A stretch of DNA of 64,000 bases from Pseudomonadota bacterium (GTDB lineage: Bacteria > Myxococcota_A > UBA9160 > SZUA-336): NCBI GenBank assembly GCA_003247575.1, contig QJZC01000025.1:6498-70497 (forward strand), written 5' to 3'. Position numbers and translations under genes: made by a program. Positions 47,096-57,424 of the stretch are shown piece after piece; positions within the stretch are counted from its first letter, which is position 1; each line of letters opens with the position of its first letter. The notes under the pieces were generated by a model. It worked only from the letters and a program-made list of their open reading frames with translations, searched no databases and was not told the origin of the DNA.

Positions 47096-47764
47096 CTAGT
47101 GGATCCCGCCGGCCAAGGAGAGCGCTACGGTGTAGAGAACCACGTCGATCCCCGCGAGGACCGACACCAGCGGCGACACCGCTAGATCTCGCAACTTTTC
47201 CGCGTCCAACAGCCTCCGCTCCGCCGGAACTTCGAAAGCGCCCAGCTCCTGCCCCGAGTCCGACAGTGCGACGATGAAGCACTGGACACCGCCTGACGGA
47301 GAGTCTCTGAGCTCTGCCAGGAGCACGACCGTGCACTCTGGGTTCTCGGACAACTCCCGCTTGTCTAGGTAGGTCGCCGCATAGCTGGGCGAACCGCCTC
47401 GCAACGAGAAACGTCCGAGCCCCTCCCCTGGGACCAGCACTGTGCCCGCGGCGAGCACGAAATGCTGGGCGCAGCTCTGCTGAGGCGGGACGGTATCGAC
47501 CGAGAAGGGTCCACCATCACTCGAGGTCCCGAACCGCAGCTCGCGAAGTCCGAGGAGCCGCAAAGACAAGGACTCGTAGTCATATCCACGCGTCACCGCC
47601 CATTCGAGCTCGAGCCGGTCCTCCTGATCCGAGATCAAGCGCACGTCGACCAGAGCGGCGGGTCGGCTTCTAGGAAGATCCAGGGCCGCTGGGATCCCCA
47701 TGCAGCCGGAGATCGAACCGAGCCAAGTACCTACGACTGCGAGCGTGATACGCGCACGGTGCAT
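47096..47764 (-). CDS. Lipoprotein, hypothetical
   Basis: Internal start 'MHRARITLAVVGTWLGSISGC|MG' of maximal ORF 47096..48475. The upstream part of that ORF is the antisense of a + strand gene. Confidence 0.45.
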   Translation of the reverse strand: MHRARITLAVVGTWLGSISGCMGIPAALDLPRSRPAALVDVRLISDQEDRLELEWAVTRGYDYESLSLRLLGLRELRFGTSSDGGPFSVDTVPPQQSCAQHFVLAAGTVLVPGEGLGRFSLRGGSPSYAATYLDKRELSENPECTVVLLAELRDSPSGGVQCFIVALSDSGQELGAFEVPAERRLLDAEKLRDLAVSPLVSVLAGIDVVLYTVALSLAGGIH

Positions 47765-48055
47765 GTGTTGCACATCGGCGATTCTGGTGACCCTCTGAAG
47801 GAGCGCTTGCCTCGATCCAGCGTCAATGTCCATCCGACTCCGTCCGAAGAGGGTCCTGTCGCTTCGAGGCCGAGCGACGAATCCACGAAAAGGCAAACCC
47901 AGGCGAATCTGGGGACGCAAAGCGCACGACCCAGAATCTGGCGGGATTATGACGAGGCTCGATCCGGGTTCATCTACGGAGCGCGCTTCGACCTCGGCGT
48001 CGATCCCACGACCTACCTCAAGATCGTACCCGAAGCGGGCTCGACTGCGATCGCG

Positions 48056-48721
48056 ATGAACCTGACCGGCTTCTATGTCGGCGAGGAATGCGATGTCATG
48101 CGGATCGAGGTCGCCACCATCGACGGCGAGGTTCACGAGTTCAGTCACAGCTCTCGCGCGATGCCCGGCGCGTGGAGCGTCCCCGATGGAAACGGATTCC
48201 TCGGCATCGTCGCGGACTCCGAGATTCAGTACGTGCGCATCAATATCGTGGAGTCGGTCACCTTCTACACGTACGACTTCCTGATCCTCGACAACGTCAT
48301 GTCCGGTGTCGTACTGAATTCCTCCGCAGTCGGCCATACCCCCAGCGAATTCAACGGGTGCAACCCCGACTCCTATCCATTCGCAGGCTTCGACAACGAT
48401 CCCGTCGCGACGGCGCTCCTCGCATGCGAGGCCGATCTGGTCTCGACCGAATCGAAGGTGCAGACCTGCGAGCAAGACCTGGCTTCCGCACTGGCAAGTC
48501 CGCGGATCGAGTACGTAGAGGTCCCGGTCGAGGTCATCAAGGTCGTCGAGGTGGAGCGAATCGTGAATGTCTGTGAGCCTCCATCCGAGACTCAGACCAG
48601 CGATGTGCCGAATACGTCTCGGTCTCGTTCAGGACTTGCGGATGGCACCAATCCCGGTCGAGGCGACGGCCGATCCCGTGCACCGAAGAGCGGGTGGAGC
48701 AATCCGACAGCGCGAAAGTAA
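48056..48721 (+). CDS. Hypothetical protein (start uncertain; may extend upstream to ~47950)
   Basis: Strong GC3 bias and balanced composition in this frame from ~47950; ATG at 48056. Confidence 0.4.
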   Translation: MNLTGFYVGEECDVMRIEVATIDGEVHEFSHSSRAMPGAWSVPDGNGFLGIVADSEIQYVRINIVESVTFYTYDFLILDNVMSGVVLNSSAVGHTPSEFNGCNPDSYPFAGFDNDPVATALLACEADLVSTESKVQTCEQDLASALASPRIEYVEVPVEVIKVVEVERIVNVCEPPSETQTSDVPNTSRSRSGLADGTNPGRGDGRSRAPKSGWSNPTARK

Positions 48722-48862
48722 CCCCGAAGACCCACCGGGGGATTCCTCTGAGACAGCCCGAGACGTTCGAACGGAAGGAATCACCTGGGAACACCAGAGC
48801 AGAGCGGCCCCATAGCGAGTACCTATGGGGCCGCTCACTTCGAGAGAACCGTCATAAGGAAA

Positions 48863-49510
48863 CTACGGCAGCAGCCCCGCTTCCTGCGCGAGGCGCTTGA
48901 GCTCGGTCTTCACGCGTTCGAAGCGCTTGCGCAGTCGTGCAGACTCGCGATCTACAGCCGCGTCGTCGAGGGCCGGCTGCGAGGGGTCGTCTCCACCGCA
49001 CATCACGAGAGCCAGATCGCGCCAGGGCATCTGGCGATCCACACGCAGGATCAACAACATCTGATCGTCGGGCTCGAGTCTCTCTCGCAGCGCGCGCACC
49101 CGATCCTTGACCTCGGACCGGCGATAGACTTCGGTGCGCGAGCGCACCTGATCTACAAGCTGAGAGAGCCGCACGTTGTTGCTGAGCGTGAGATTACGGT
49201 CCTTCCTACGCGCAGGAGTACGGACGTAGCGCGCGGCCGCGTGCCGGGTGACGGTGTAGGCCCATGTCCGGACGCTACTACGAAACTCGAACTTGGGAAG
49301 ACCCAGCCAAAGATCCTCGGCCAGCATCGAAAAGGCCTCGTCGGCATGGCTGCGGTCGCCGAGCCGCGCAACCAGGAACGAGAGCAACTCATCCCCGTAG
49401 AGCTGTAGCAGCAAGGTAACCCCGGTCTCGGGGTTGCCGGCTTCACAGGCCGCTCGGATGCCCGCTTCGAGCGCCGCCCGCTCGCTCGGCGCTTCGGGCG
49501 TTTCCTGCAT
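48863..49510 (-). CDS. ECF-type RNA polymerase sigma factor
   Basis: Sigma-70 region 2 ('EAFSMLAEDLWLGLPKFE...VRTWAYTVTRHAA') and region 4 ('MPWRDLALVM'). Confidence 0.8.
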   Translation of the reverse strand: MQETPEAPSERAALEAGIRAACEAGNPETGVTLLLQLYGDELLSFLVARLGDRSHADEAFSMLAEDLWLGLPKFEFRSSVRTWAYTVTRHAAARYVRTPARRKDRNLTLSNNVRLSQLVDQVRSRTEVYRRSEVKDRVRALRERLEPDDQMLLILRVDRQMPWRDLALVMCGGDDPSQPALDDAAVDRESARLRKRFERVKTELKRLAQEAGLLP

Positions 49511-49899
49511 CGTCTCTCCGTTCCCGCGCGCGGGCTCCTTGGGTGCAACCATTGTCCAACTTCTCCTCGGCAAAGTGTATCGGGTCTCGCGCCAGCAGCT
49601 GCGCTCGCGCGCGGCTGGTCGAGCGGTAGAGCGACCTCCGGCTTCGTTGTGACAGAAAAACCGACGGCGGTCTTACTTTTTTCTACTTCTCCCACCCGAG
49701 CCGAGCGGGCCGATCCGGTCCTGCGCTCCGCAGGTGGCCTCCCACCTTGCAGGCGGTTGTGACAGGTCCGCTTCAGTGAATGGGGCAGCGCGCACCGGGC
49801 GGGCGCGCCCAGTGCGAGGTGACGAGCCGGGCGGGATGGGCTCGACAGGTCGTCGGAGTAGTCGCGCATCTCGCAGAAGCGGGCGTTCTCGTTGGCCAG

Positions 49900-50205
49900 C
49901 TCCTCTGGGCTGATCGGGATCGGATGAAGGATCCGCTCCGAGAAGGCGCGCTCGGCGCCGCCGCGATGGCAGGGGACCGCGACGCGATGGCACAGGCGCG
50001 AGCGCTGCGCGCCCAGCCCTGGTGGTGGCAAGGCGCACTTCTCACTGCGAAACACGAAGCGCTCGTGGCCCGGGTCGAAGGCGACCCGGATGGTTACCTG
50101 CACGCACTGCTGCGCGCGGAAGCGCTCGTGACCCCGAACTACGAAGGCTACCGCCCGTCCCCGCGCGGCTTCGGCAATCAGGTCCCCTACGCTGCGTGCT
50201 CGTGA
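49900..50205 (+). pseudogene. Remnant paralogous to the 3' end of the Ser/Thr-kinase-NTPase gene at 57425..61059
   Basis: 'GALGAAAMAGDRDAMAQARALRAQPWWWQ...ALVARVEGDPDGYLHALLRAEALVTPNYEGYR' vs 'GALGAAALAGDRSALASARELRAESWWPQ...ALMARLSGDSDAYLQMLLRAEALVTPNVEGYR'. A ~48-nt near-identical DNA stretch is shared (ctgctgcgcgcggaagcgctcgtgaccccgaac). Confidence 0.5.
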
Positions 50206-51344
50206 GCGGTGCGGGCCCCTCGGGCTTCGGCCGCGAACACTTCGAGCGCTTCGCCCACGCGCCAGTCGTCGAATGCTGCACCAACGCGGCCGAGAATACA
50301 CTCGCGCCAATCCGCGCCCTCCGCCTGCGCGATCGCGGCGAGGTTGGCGGTATCGGTCTGCAGCGCGCCGACGGCGTTGTTGCAGAAATTCCAGACGTGA
50401 CCGACCGCGATCTGCAGCCACAAGCGCGACTTGTCGAGGTCGGCGACCCCGCGCTTACACAGTTCGGCGTGATAATGATCCACGAGCGCACGCTCGTGCA
50501 AACGGCGATCGTCCACCGAGAGGCCCGTGACCAGCAGACGCGCAACGTCGTTCGCGCCCCAAGACAAGGTCGCTGACTGCCAGTCGAACAGCGCGAAGCG
50601 CGGCGCCTGCTCGGTGGCGAAGAACATCTGCTGCGGGTGAGCGTCGCCGTGCACCAAGGTGTCCGCGTCCGGAGCATAACCAAGCAGGTCGTCCCAGAGC
50701 CGGAGCCAAGTGTCCAAAGCTTTGAGCGCGGACGGCGAGAACTGATCGGTGAACAGCGCATGCGCGGCGGGCACGAGCTCCTCTACGAGGCCCTTGAGCT
50801 TCGCGTTCCACTCCGGCTCGTGGAGGTCGCGCACGAAATCGAGCTCCGCTAGTCCCGGATCGTTCCAGAACTCCGCGTGGATGCGCGCGAGCTGGCCGAG
50901 CGCAGCCTTTACGTCTGCGACCTGGCTTCGGAAGAGCGATCCACGACGCGCATCGCCAAGGTCCTCGAGCAGCAGGATGAACTCTCCGCTCGCTGGATCG
51001 GCATGGGCGGCGTACGCCCGAGGCACCGGCAGATCGCGTCCCGCCGCGAGCTCGAGATAGAAGCGCACCTCTCTCTGGTAGAGATCGTACTCATGCGCCA
51101 CCGCGCGCGCGTCTGCGAAGCTCGCCGGCAGCTTGGCCACCAGTGAGCGAGGGGCGTCGCCGGCATCCCCCGCATAGTCGAGAAACAGGCGGTAGATCTC
51201 CGCGGTCTGTCCGGGGTCGGTCAGCATCTCGACGCGCACGTCCGCAACCCGTCCGCGCCCCAAGAGTCCGTGCTCGCGCAAGACCGTCGTGAGCCACGGG
51301 GCGGTGATCTGATCCGGTCGGATAGGGAATTCAAACTTGTTCAT
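50187..51344 (-). CDS. Phosphotransferase-family kinase (APH/CHK-like)
   Basis: 'LVHGDAHPQQ' catalytic loop and 'DWQ' motif. ATG 'MNKFEFPIRP' at 51344. Confidence 0.75.
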   Translation of the reverse strand: MNKFEFPIRPDQITAPWLTTVLREHGLLGRGRVADVRVEMLTDPGQTAEIYRLFLDYAGDAGDAPRSLVAKLPASFADARAVAHEYDLYQREVRFYLELAAGRDLPVPRAYAAHADPASGEFILLLEDLGDARRGSLFRSQVADVKAALGQLARIHAEFWNDPGLAELDFVRDLHEPEWNAKLKGLVEELVPAAHALFTDQFSPSALKALDTWLRLWDDLLGYAPDADTLVHGDAHPQQMFFATEQAPRFALFDWQSATLSWGANDVARLLVTGLSVDDRRLHERALVDHYHAELCKRGVADLDKSRLWLQIAVGHVWNFCNNAVGALQTDTANLAAIAQAEGADWRECILGRVGAAFDDWRVGEALEVFAAEARGARTAHEHAA

Positions 51345-51462
51345 GCTGGCCTCCAAGGGGTGATACTCGGTAGAGGCACCCTTCCTCACGATGTGACGAG
51401 AGCGACGATGTGACGGAGCCGATGGAACCAAGCCACAGGAACGGCAGCGATCCGGGCCGCGC

Positions 51463-52668
51463 CTACGCCTCGGCAGCGACGGAGGTCGGCGCGTCGGCGG
51501 ACAAGGTCCGCGGATAGCGGCGGCCGTTCAGGAACTGGCCGACGACGGTCGCCCGCACCCAGAGCTGGTAGCTAGCCAAGGTGGCGACGGTTGCGACCGC
51601 CAAGGTCAGTCCGAACTTGGCCAGCGCTGGCATCGCGAGCGGCGCCAGTGCGGTCTGGCACCAGACGACCACCGGGAGGTGGGCGAGATAGACCCAGTAG
51701 CTGGCGTCGGAAAGGTAGCGAGCACCCACGCTGAACTGGTTCTGGTGGCGCAGGAAGAGACCGACGACACCGAACGTCAGGAGCCACGTGTTCAGTGCGC
51801 TGACGGCGGCCGCCGCGATGCGCGCGGCCTCATGCGGCTCGCCGGTGGCGGAGAGGGTCTCTAGGTTCTCACCGATCAGCACGAACGCGATCGGCAGCAG
51901 CAAGATGCCCAGGATCAGCTGCTCGACGCAACGACGCTCGAGCATGGACAGCAGATCGCGGTGTCGGTGGAGCGCCCAGCCAAAGGCGAAGAAGCCCCCG
52001 TAGGCCCAGAACACGGCCGCATCGGGAACGATGCTGGTGGAGGTATCGAGCCCCCCGGTACGCATGAACACCAGGGCAGTGAAGGTCAGCCCCGAGAGCG
52101 GCAGGGCGCGCCAGGGCGAGGCAATCAGCGCTCGCAGCCGAAGGTCCAAGCGTTCCACCCAGCGAACCGGGAGCCGCCTCGCCCCGAACGCGACCAGCTC
52201 GGTGGCGACGTAGAACATCAGCAAGTAGTACAGGAACCACAGGTGCCCGAGGTTCACCGGGGAAAGCAGCGCGTCCCAGCCGAGCTCCGCAGACAGCGGG
52301 CTCACCGAGCTTGGCGCTGCCTCGAGGAAGCCCGCGAACGTCAGCGGCACAAACGCGACCCACCCCGCTACGAGCGGCAGTCCCACGCGCCGGGCCCGGT
52401 TGTCGAGCATGCCACCGAGCCCACGGCGCGCGACGAGCAGGCAGGTGAAGAAGCCCGCAACCAGAAAGAACGCCGGCATTCGGAAGGCGTGGATCGCGAC
52501 CAGGATCACGTCCATCAGCCCGCTCTGATGCTCATCCTTGAACGGCCACGCCTCCCCCATGGGGAGCGCGCCGTAGGCGCAGGCCGCGTGGAGAACCACT
52601 CCCAGCAGCATCATCCAGCCGCGCAGACTGTCCATTGCGTGAAACCGCATCGGGCTCTCGTTCGACAT
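51463..52668 (-). CDS. Acyltransferase-3 family membrane protein
   Basis: 10-TM protein with 'MDSLRGWMMLLGVVLHA' N-terminal motif. Confidence 0.8.
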   Translation of the reverse strand: MSNESPMRFHAMDSLRGWMMLLGVVLHAACAYGALPMGEAWPFKDEHQSGLMDVILVAIHAFRMPAFFLVAGFFTCLLVARRGLGGMLDNRARRVGLPLVAGWVAFVPLTFAGFLEAAPSSVSPLSAELGWDALLSPVNLGHLWFLYYLLMFYVATELVAFGARRLPVRWVERLDLRLRALIASPWRALPLSGLTFTALVFMRTGGLDTSTSIVPDAAVFWAYGGFFAFGWALHRHRDLLSMLERRCVEQLILGILLLPIAFVLIGENLETLSATGEPHEAARIAAAAVSALNTWLLTFGVVGLFLRHQNQFSVGARYLSDASYWVYLAHLPVVVWCQTALAPLAMPALAKFGLTLAVATVATLASYQLWVRATVVGQFLNGRRYPRTLSADAPTSVAAEA

Positions 52669-52764
52669 CGCATCCTCCTCGGCCCGGGTCTGGGCTCGGG
52701 AGGTAGAGGCCGGATCGATGCGATTGTGACCCGGGCCCCACCAGAGTGGGCTCGGGAGATGGGC

Positions 52765-55700
52765 TCAAGCCTCGAAGCGCACCGTCCAGGCCGCGATCCA
52801 GCCTGGTGGGCAGCCTTGGTCAGCCAACGCGGCCTCCGCTTCGGCCCGCAGGGCCGCGCCGCGCTCGCCGCCGATCAGATCCCCCAAGCGCGCATTGCAG
52901 TAGTGGCGTTGCTGGGCGGAGGGACTCTCGCGGGCGGCCGCGGCCGCGGACTCGAACAGGGTGCGGGCTGGGTCGAGCTGTCCAGCAGCTGCGCGGAGCT
53001 GTCCGTAGAGGAATTCCGAGCAGCCAGCGAGCACTGGGGGTGCGAGGGGCTCGCCGAGCCACGTCGTCGGTCGGGCGAGCAGGGCTGCATACTGCTCGAC
53101 CTTGGCGAGCAAGCTGGCCCGATCGCCGACGCCTCGCGACACCGCGCAGAGCAGGAGCGCGGCCAGACCGGAGACGACGAGTAGATTGCTTGTCGACTTT
53201 CCACGATCGAAGCGGCCTCCGACCTCGTCCACCAGACGCAGAGCCTCTTCCAGGTTGCCTTCGGCCATCTCGAGCAACGCGAGACTGAGCAGCCCGAACC
53301 ACCGGTTGTTGTTCGAGTGCGCAGAGACGCCGATCGCGTCCGCGAGCTCGAGCCCACGGCGAATCTCGGCTCGTGCGCGATTGGCGTCGAGCGGGCCATT
53401 GAGAAGATATCCCCCTAGACAGCGCAACGTCACGCTCCCGAAGAAGTCACCCGCCGCATCTGCGAGGCGAATGCCGCGTAGACAGTGCTCACCTCCCGCC
53501 CCCATTCCGACATGATGATTGTGCGCGAGGATGACGTGGGTTCGACACATGCTGAGCTCTCTCTGCATGCCGCGGTTCTCGGGCAGGCTCAAAAGCTCCT
53601 CGGCGCGTTGCAAGTCCGCGAGCCCGAGGTCGCCGCTGCCGGAAAAGAATGCGACGTGACCGCGACAAAAGGCGATCCAGGCGCGCATCATCGGGGTATC
53701 CTGCCGCTCGAGCAAAGCGACCACGTCTGCAAGCTGACCGCCCGCGCCGACCGGGTCGAAGCTCGCCTCGAAGCAGGCCAGCAGAAGCGCGCGGCCTCGG
53801 GCGACGTGCCCTGGCTCCCCTGCTTCGAGCGCTTCGCGCACGTAGGCGATCACCAGGCCCGCGTAGCCATCGTGCACCCACGTGGTGCCCAGCGCCGCGG
53901 CCCAGAGCGTCTCGAGCCGCGCGAGTCGGGCCGGGTCGATGGCGTTCGCGTTCGTGGGTTCGAACCGGAAGCCGCGCTCGAGCAAGGCAGTCCGCGCGGG
54001 AAATCGGGCCTTCGGGTCGGTCAGGGCGTCGTAGTCGACTCCGGCATTCGCGAGCGCACGGCGCATGGCGTCGGTGCCCGCCGCGAGGTCGCCGTTGATG
54101 AAGAACTGCTCTCCGGCGCGCCGCTGCAACTCCTGCAGCCGCGTGGGATCGAGCTCGGACGCCTGCAGCAACGTGCGCGCCGCATCGCCGCGGCGCCCGC
54201 TCCCAACGCGTGCCTCGGCGAGCTCGACCAGAAGCTCCGCGCGCTCGACGTCCGAGAGCCCCGGATGCGTACACGCGGTCTCGAACAGGCTCACCGCGCG
54301 ATCGAAGGCGAACGCTTGCACCGCCGCTCTCGCCGCTCGGCGGGCGTACTCGGCACCGCGTTCGCGCTCGCCCGCACCGAGGCTGTGCTCGGCGAGCGCA
54401 TCCAGATCGAGGGGCTCCATGGATTCGAGCGCGACGGCGTAGCGGCGATGCCAGCTCGCGCGCTCCGGCAAAGGCATCGCATCGCGCACGGTCTCGCGGA
54501 TGCGATCGTGGTAGGGCCCGAGCCGACGTTCTTGAAACGCGCCGTCCCGCTTGCCCGCCACTTCGCGCACGAGGCGTTCGGCAAGCAGCGAACGCAGCTC
54601 CGCAGACACGTCGGCCTGCTGCGCAACGCGCGCGAGCAGCTCCGGCGTCACCGGTCGCGGCGCAATGCAGAGCGCCTGCACCATGGCGCGAGCGCCTTCC
54701 GATAGCTTTGCGAGCCGTGACAGGATTGCACTCCGCAGGTCGCCCGGGGCTTGCCCCGAGTGCACGGCGCGGCTGAGCTCGCCGAGCAGAAACGGGCTGC
54801 CGCCAGCTTCGCGCGCGATCTGCTCGACCCGCTCCACCTCGTCGGGGGGGAGAAGCTGCTGCGCCAGCCGACGCGACTCGGCGGGGGTGAGCGCACTGAG
54901 CTCGATCGTGCGCACGTCCAGCTCGCGCTTCACTTCGTCCTCCGCCAGCATCTGCCGGAGCGACGAAAGCCCCTCGGCGTCGGGCTCGTCGTCGCGGTAC
55001 GTGGCGACGAGCAAGAGCAGCGGCGGATCCGGCGGCAGCAGCAGATGTTTGAGCAGCCGTGCGCTGTCGCGGTCGCTCCACTGCAGATCGTCGATGTACA
55101 GGATGAGCGGTCGCTCCTCGGCGAGCTTGGCGAGCAATTCCTTGAGCGCGTCGAACGCGCGCAGCCGCAGCTCGGCGTCGTTGTTCGGCAGGCCCCGGCG
55201 CTGCGGCGCATGACTGATGGCCTCGACCCGACCGAGCACCGGGAAGACTCGCACCAGCGCGTTGACGTGCCGGGGCACCAGACGTGCCGCCACCACCTCG
55301 GGCAAGCGCGCGAGATAGCGGGTGAGCGCGTCTACGATGCCATCGAAGCCCTTGAACGGCACCGACTCGCGCTCATAGCAACGGCAGCCGAGCACGACCG
55401 CATCCCCGCGTTGCTTCACAGAGGCCAGGAAGTGCTCGACGAACGTGGTCTTGCCGATCCCCGACGGCCCGCCGGCCAAGCAGAGCACGGGCTTACCCGC
55501 ATTGGTGTCGGCCAGCGCCAGCTCCAGCGCCGCCAGTTCGCGACCACGGCCTACGAACGTCCCTTTGGGAAACGAGTCCGCCAGCTCCGCGTCGTCGCCC
55601 GACGGTCCGGACTTGGATGCACGCGTGGAACCAGGGACGCGGGCTGCACCGGGCGACGCATGCGACACCGCGCTGCCGAGCATGGCATGGATGTCGGCGT

Positions 55701-56700
55701 GAGTCGGACGCTCCGAAGGATTCCGAGCGAGCAGCCGATCGCACAGCTCAGCCAGGTCCGCCGGCGCCGAAGGATTGAGCGAGCGCACGGCGGGCGCCGC
55801 GCCCGTCTGCTTGGCCATCAGCATCCGCAGCGACTCGCCTTCGAACGGCAGCCGCCGCGTGAGCGCCTCGAACAACATCACTCCGACCGCGTACCAGTCA
55901 CTCGCCGGTGTCGCCCACTCCGCGCGCGCCTGCTCGGGCGCCATGTAGGCGGGCGTGCCGGCTACCCCGCGCTCGATCGTCTGCGTCACACCTGCGCTCA
56001 AGACATCGCTCGCCAGCCCGAAGTCCAAGATCGCAACCCTTGGCCCGTCCGCACTCTCGGCCACCAGCACGTTGCTGGGCTTCAGATCGCGATGCAGCTT
56101 GCCCGCATCGTGGATCGCCTGCACACCGGCCGCGAGCTGAGCGAGCACCGTGCGCAGTCGAGCTTGGTCGACGGGCGCCTTACCGCCTAAGGTGGTCCGC
56201 GGATCGCCCTCGATGGACCGCAGATCGTCGCTGGCCCGCAGATAGCGATCGAAACGCTCGCCCGCGACCAGCTCCATGCTGAAGAACCAAAGCTCGCCAT
56301 CGGCGAACAACTCGTGGAGCGGCACGAGGTAGGGGTGCACCACATCCGCGATCGATCGGAACTCGCGCTTCATGCGGTAGATGCCCGCAGCGTCTACTCG
56401 CGAGAGTGTCTTGATCGCGACGATCCGGTCCTGGCGCAGGTCGCGCGCCTCGAATACGACCCCCATTCCACCTTCGCCCAGGCGCCGCAGGATCGCGAAG
56501 CGCCCATCGCAGAGCTTGGAGCCCGGCGCCAGCATGCGTCCGGGCGACGTCACCTTTGCCGCGGCGTGCAACAGCCGATCGAACGCACTGTCCTGGGTCG
56601 AATCGACGGAGGCATCCCGCCCCAAGGTCTCGGACCTTCGGGATTCCTCCTCGGGTCGGCTTTCCTCGTTGGATGGGTGGCTCGGATGCTTCGACGTCAT
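52765..56700 (-). CDS. Ser/Thr protein kinase fused to AAA+/STAND NTPase and C-terminal helical (TPR-like) domain
   Basis: 'LGEGGMGVVFEA', 'VAIK', 'HRDLKPSNVL', 'DFG', 'APE'; Walker A 'GGPSGIGKTT' and Walker B 'LILYIDDLQWSD'. Confidence 0.85.
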   Translation of the reverse strand: MTSKHPSHPSNEESRPEEESRRSETLGRDASVDSTQDSAFDRLLHAAAKVTSPGRMLAPGSKLCDGRFAILRRLGEGGMGVVFEARDLRQDRIVAIKTLSRVDAAGIYRMKREFRSIADVVHPYLVPLHELFADGELWFFSMELVAGERFDRYLRASDDLRSIEGDPRTTLGGKAPVDQARLRTVLAQLAAGVQAIHDAGKLHRDLKPSNVLVAESADGPRVAILDFGLASDVLSAGVTQTIERGVAGTPAYMAPEQARAEWATPASDWYAVGVMLFEALTRRLPFEGESLRMLMAKQTGAAPAVRSLNPSAPADLAELCDRLLARNPSERPTHADIHAMLGSAVSHASPGAARVPGSTRASKSGPSGDDAELADSFPKGTFVGRGRELAALELALADTNAGKPVLCLAGGPSGIGKTTFVEHFLASVKQRGDAVVLGCRCYERESVPFKGFDGIVDALTRYLARLPEVVAARLVPRHVNALVRVFPVLGRVEAISHAPQRRGLPNNDAELRLRAFDALKELLAKLAEERPLILYIDDLQWSDRDSARLLKHLLLPPDPPLLLLVATYRDDEPDAEGLSSLRQMLAEDEVKRELDVRTIELSALTPAESRRLAQQLLPPDEVERVEQIAREAGGSPFLLGELSRAVHSGQAPGDLRSAILSRLAKLSEGARAMVQALCIAPRPVTPELLARVAQQADVSAELRSLLAERLVREVAGKRDGAFQERRLGPYHDRIRETVRDAMPLPERASWHRRYAVALESMEPLDLDALAEHSLGAGERERGAEYARRAARAAVQAFAFDRAVSLFETACTHPGLSDVERAELLVELAEARVGSGRRGDAARTLLQASELDPTRLQELQRRAGEQFFINGDLAAGTDAMRRALANAGVDYDALTDPKARFPARTALLERGFRFEPTNANAIDPARLARLETLWAAALGTTWVHDGYAGLVIAYVREALEAGEPGHVARGRALLLACFEASFDPVGAGGQLADVVALLERQDTPMMRAWIAFCRGHVAFFSGSGDLGLADLQRAEELLSLPENRGMQRELSMCRTHVILAHNHHVGMGAGGEHCLRGIRLADAAGDFFGSVTLRCLGGYLLNGPLDANRARAEIRRGLELADAIGVSAHSNNNRWFGLLSLALLEMAEGNLEEALRLVDEVGGRFDRGKSTSNLLVVSGLAALLLCAVSRGVGDRASLLAKVEQYAALLARPTTWLGEPLAPPVLAGCSEFLYGQLRAAAGQLDPARTLFESAAAAARESPSAQQRHYCNARLGDLIGGERGAALRAEAEAALADQGCPPGWIAAWTVRFEA

Positions 56701-56779
56701 CGTGGTCTCGTATACCACACCCACGGCTCGCGGATTTCCTGACCGTAGGTTCGTTCAAAGGGTCGCGGCACCGAGAGAC

Positions 56780-57226
56780 CTAGGCAGGCTGCGAGAACTC
56801 ACTCGGTGCGCCGATCGTCATCCAGCAGCGACCGTCCTCTCCGCGCTGACAGTGATATCGGGCAAACTCGAACCGACGGTCGCCCGCCCGCCCGGGAAGG
56901 CTCACGGCGAAGTCCATTCCGAACCCCAGACCCAGCGCCTCATCGAAGGCGGTGCCGAAGTACGCGCGGGCCCGCTCGAGCGCCCGAAGCGACTTGCCCA
57001 CCATGTCACGGATTCGCTGCTCGGTGGTGATGCGTCCAACGCACGCGAACGGCAGGGTGTCCGCGCGATCCCAGAGCTCGGCCGTGATGGCCACGGAGAG
57101 CTCGACCCCGCACGTGCGGACCTCTCGAGCCCAGCCAGAGACATCGACGAGCTCCTCTTCATCGAGCGTCAGATCCCAAGGCGAGAATGGGGACTTCACT
57201 TCCAGGGATGGCTTCGTGTGATACAT
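56780..57226 (-). CDS. Hypothetical 148-aa protein between the two kinase genes
   Basis: Strong RBS GGAGGA-N6-ATG. 'MYHTKPSLEV...RYHCQRGEDGRCWMTIGAPSEF'. No known domain. Confidence 0.55.
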   Translation of the reverse strand: MYHTKPSLEVKSPFSPWDLTLDEEELVDVSGWAREVRTCGVELSVAITAELWDRADTLPFACVGRITTEQRIRDMVGKSLRALERARAYFGTAFDEALGLGFGMDFAVSLPGRAGDRRFEFARYHCQRGEDGRCWMTIGAPSEFSQPA

Positions 57227-57424
57227 CGATCTTCCTCCAGTCGCGCCCGGATGCGTAACCACCAGGCGGGTTGCAAGGCTCCAATCCGACGAAGGGTTTT
57301 CCGGGATGCGCCCGATCGTCGTGCTCGGACGTTTCATCTCATCCCTCTGCCCCCTTCTGATGGATAGGGGCCATCCGCGGGCGGTTGTGACCGGGCGGCC
57401 TCCATTTGCCACCAGGCCACCGGA

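Noticed and set aside
47096-48475. 459-aa maximal minus-strand ORF
   Set aside because: Only the 3' ~222 codons (lipoprotein with a lipobox) look real. The 5' part is antisense to a + strand gene with strong GC3 bias.
49153-50421. 422-aa minus ORF and the other long Arg-rich ORFs at 53485..55081, 54751..56190, 61391..62554, 24075..25274, 32737..33549 and 41100..42146
   Set aside because: All overlap well-supported genes on the opposite strand or in another frame and have Arg/Pro/Ala-dominated compositions.
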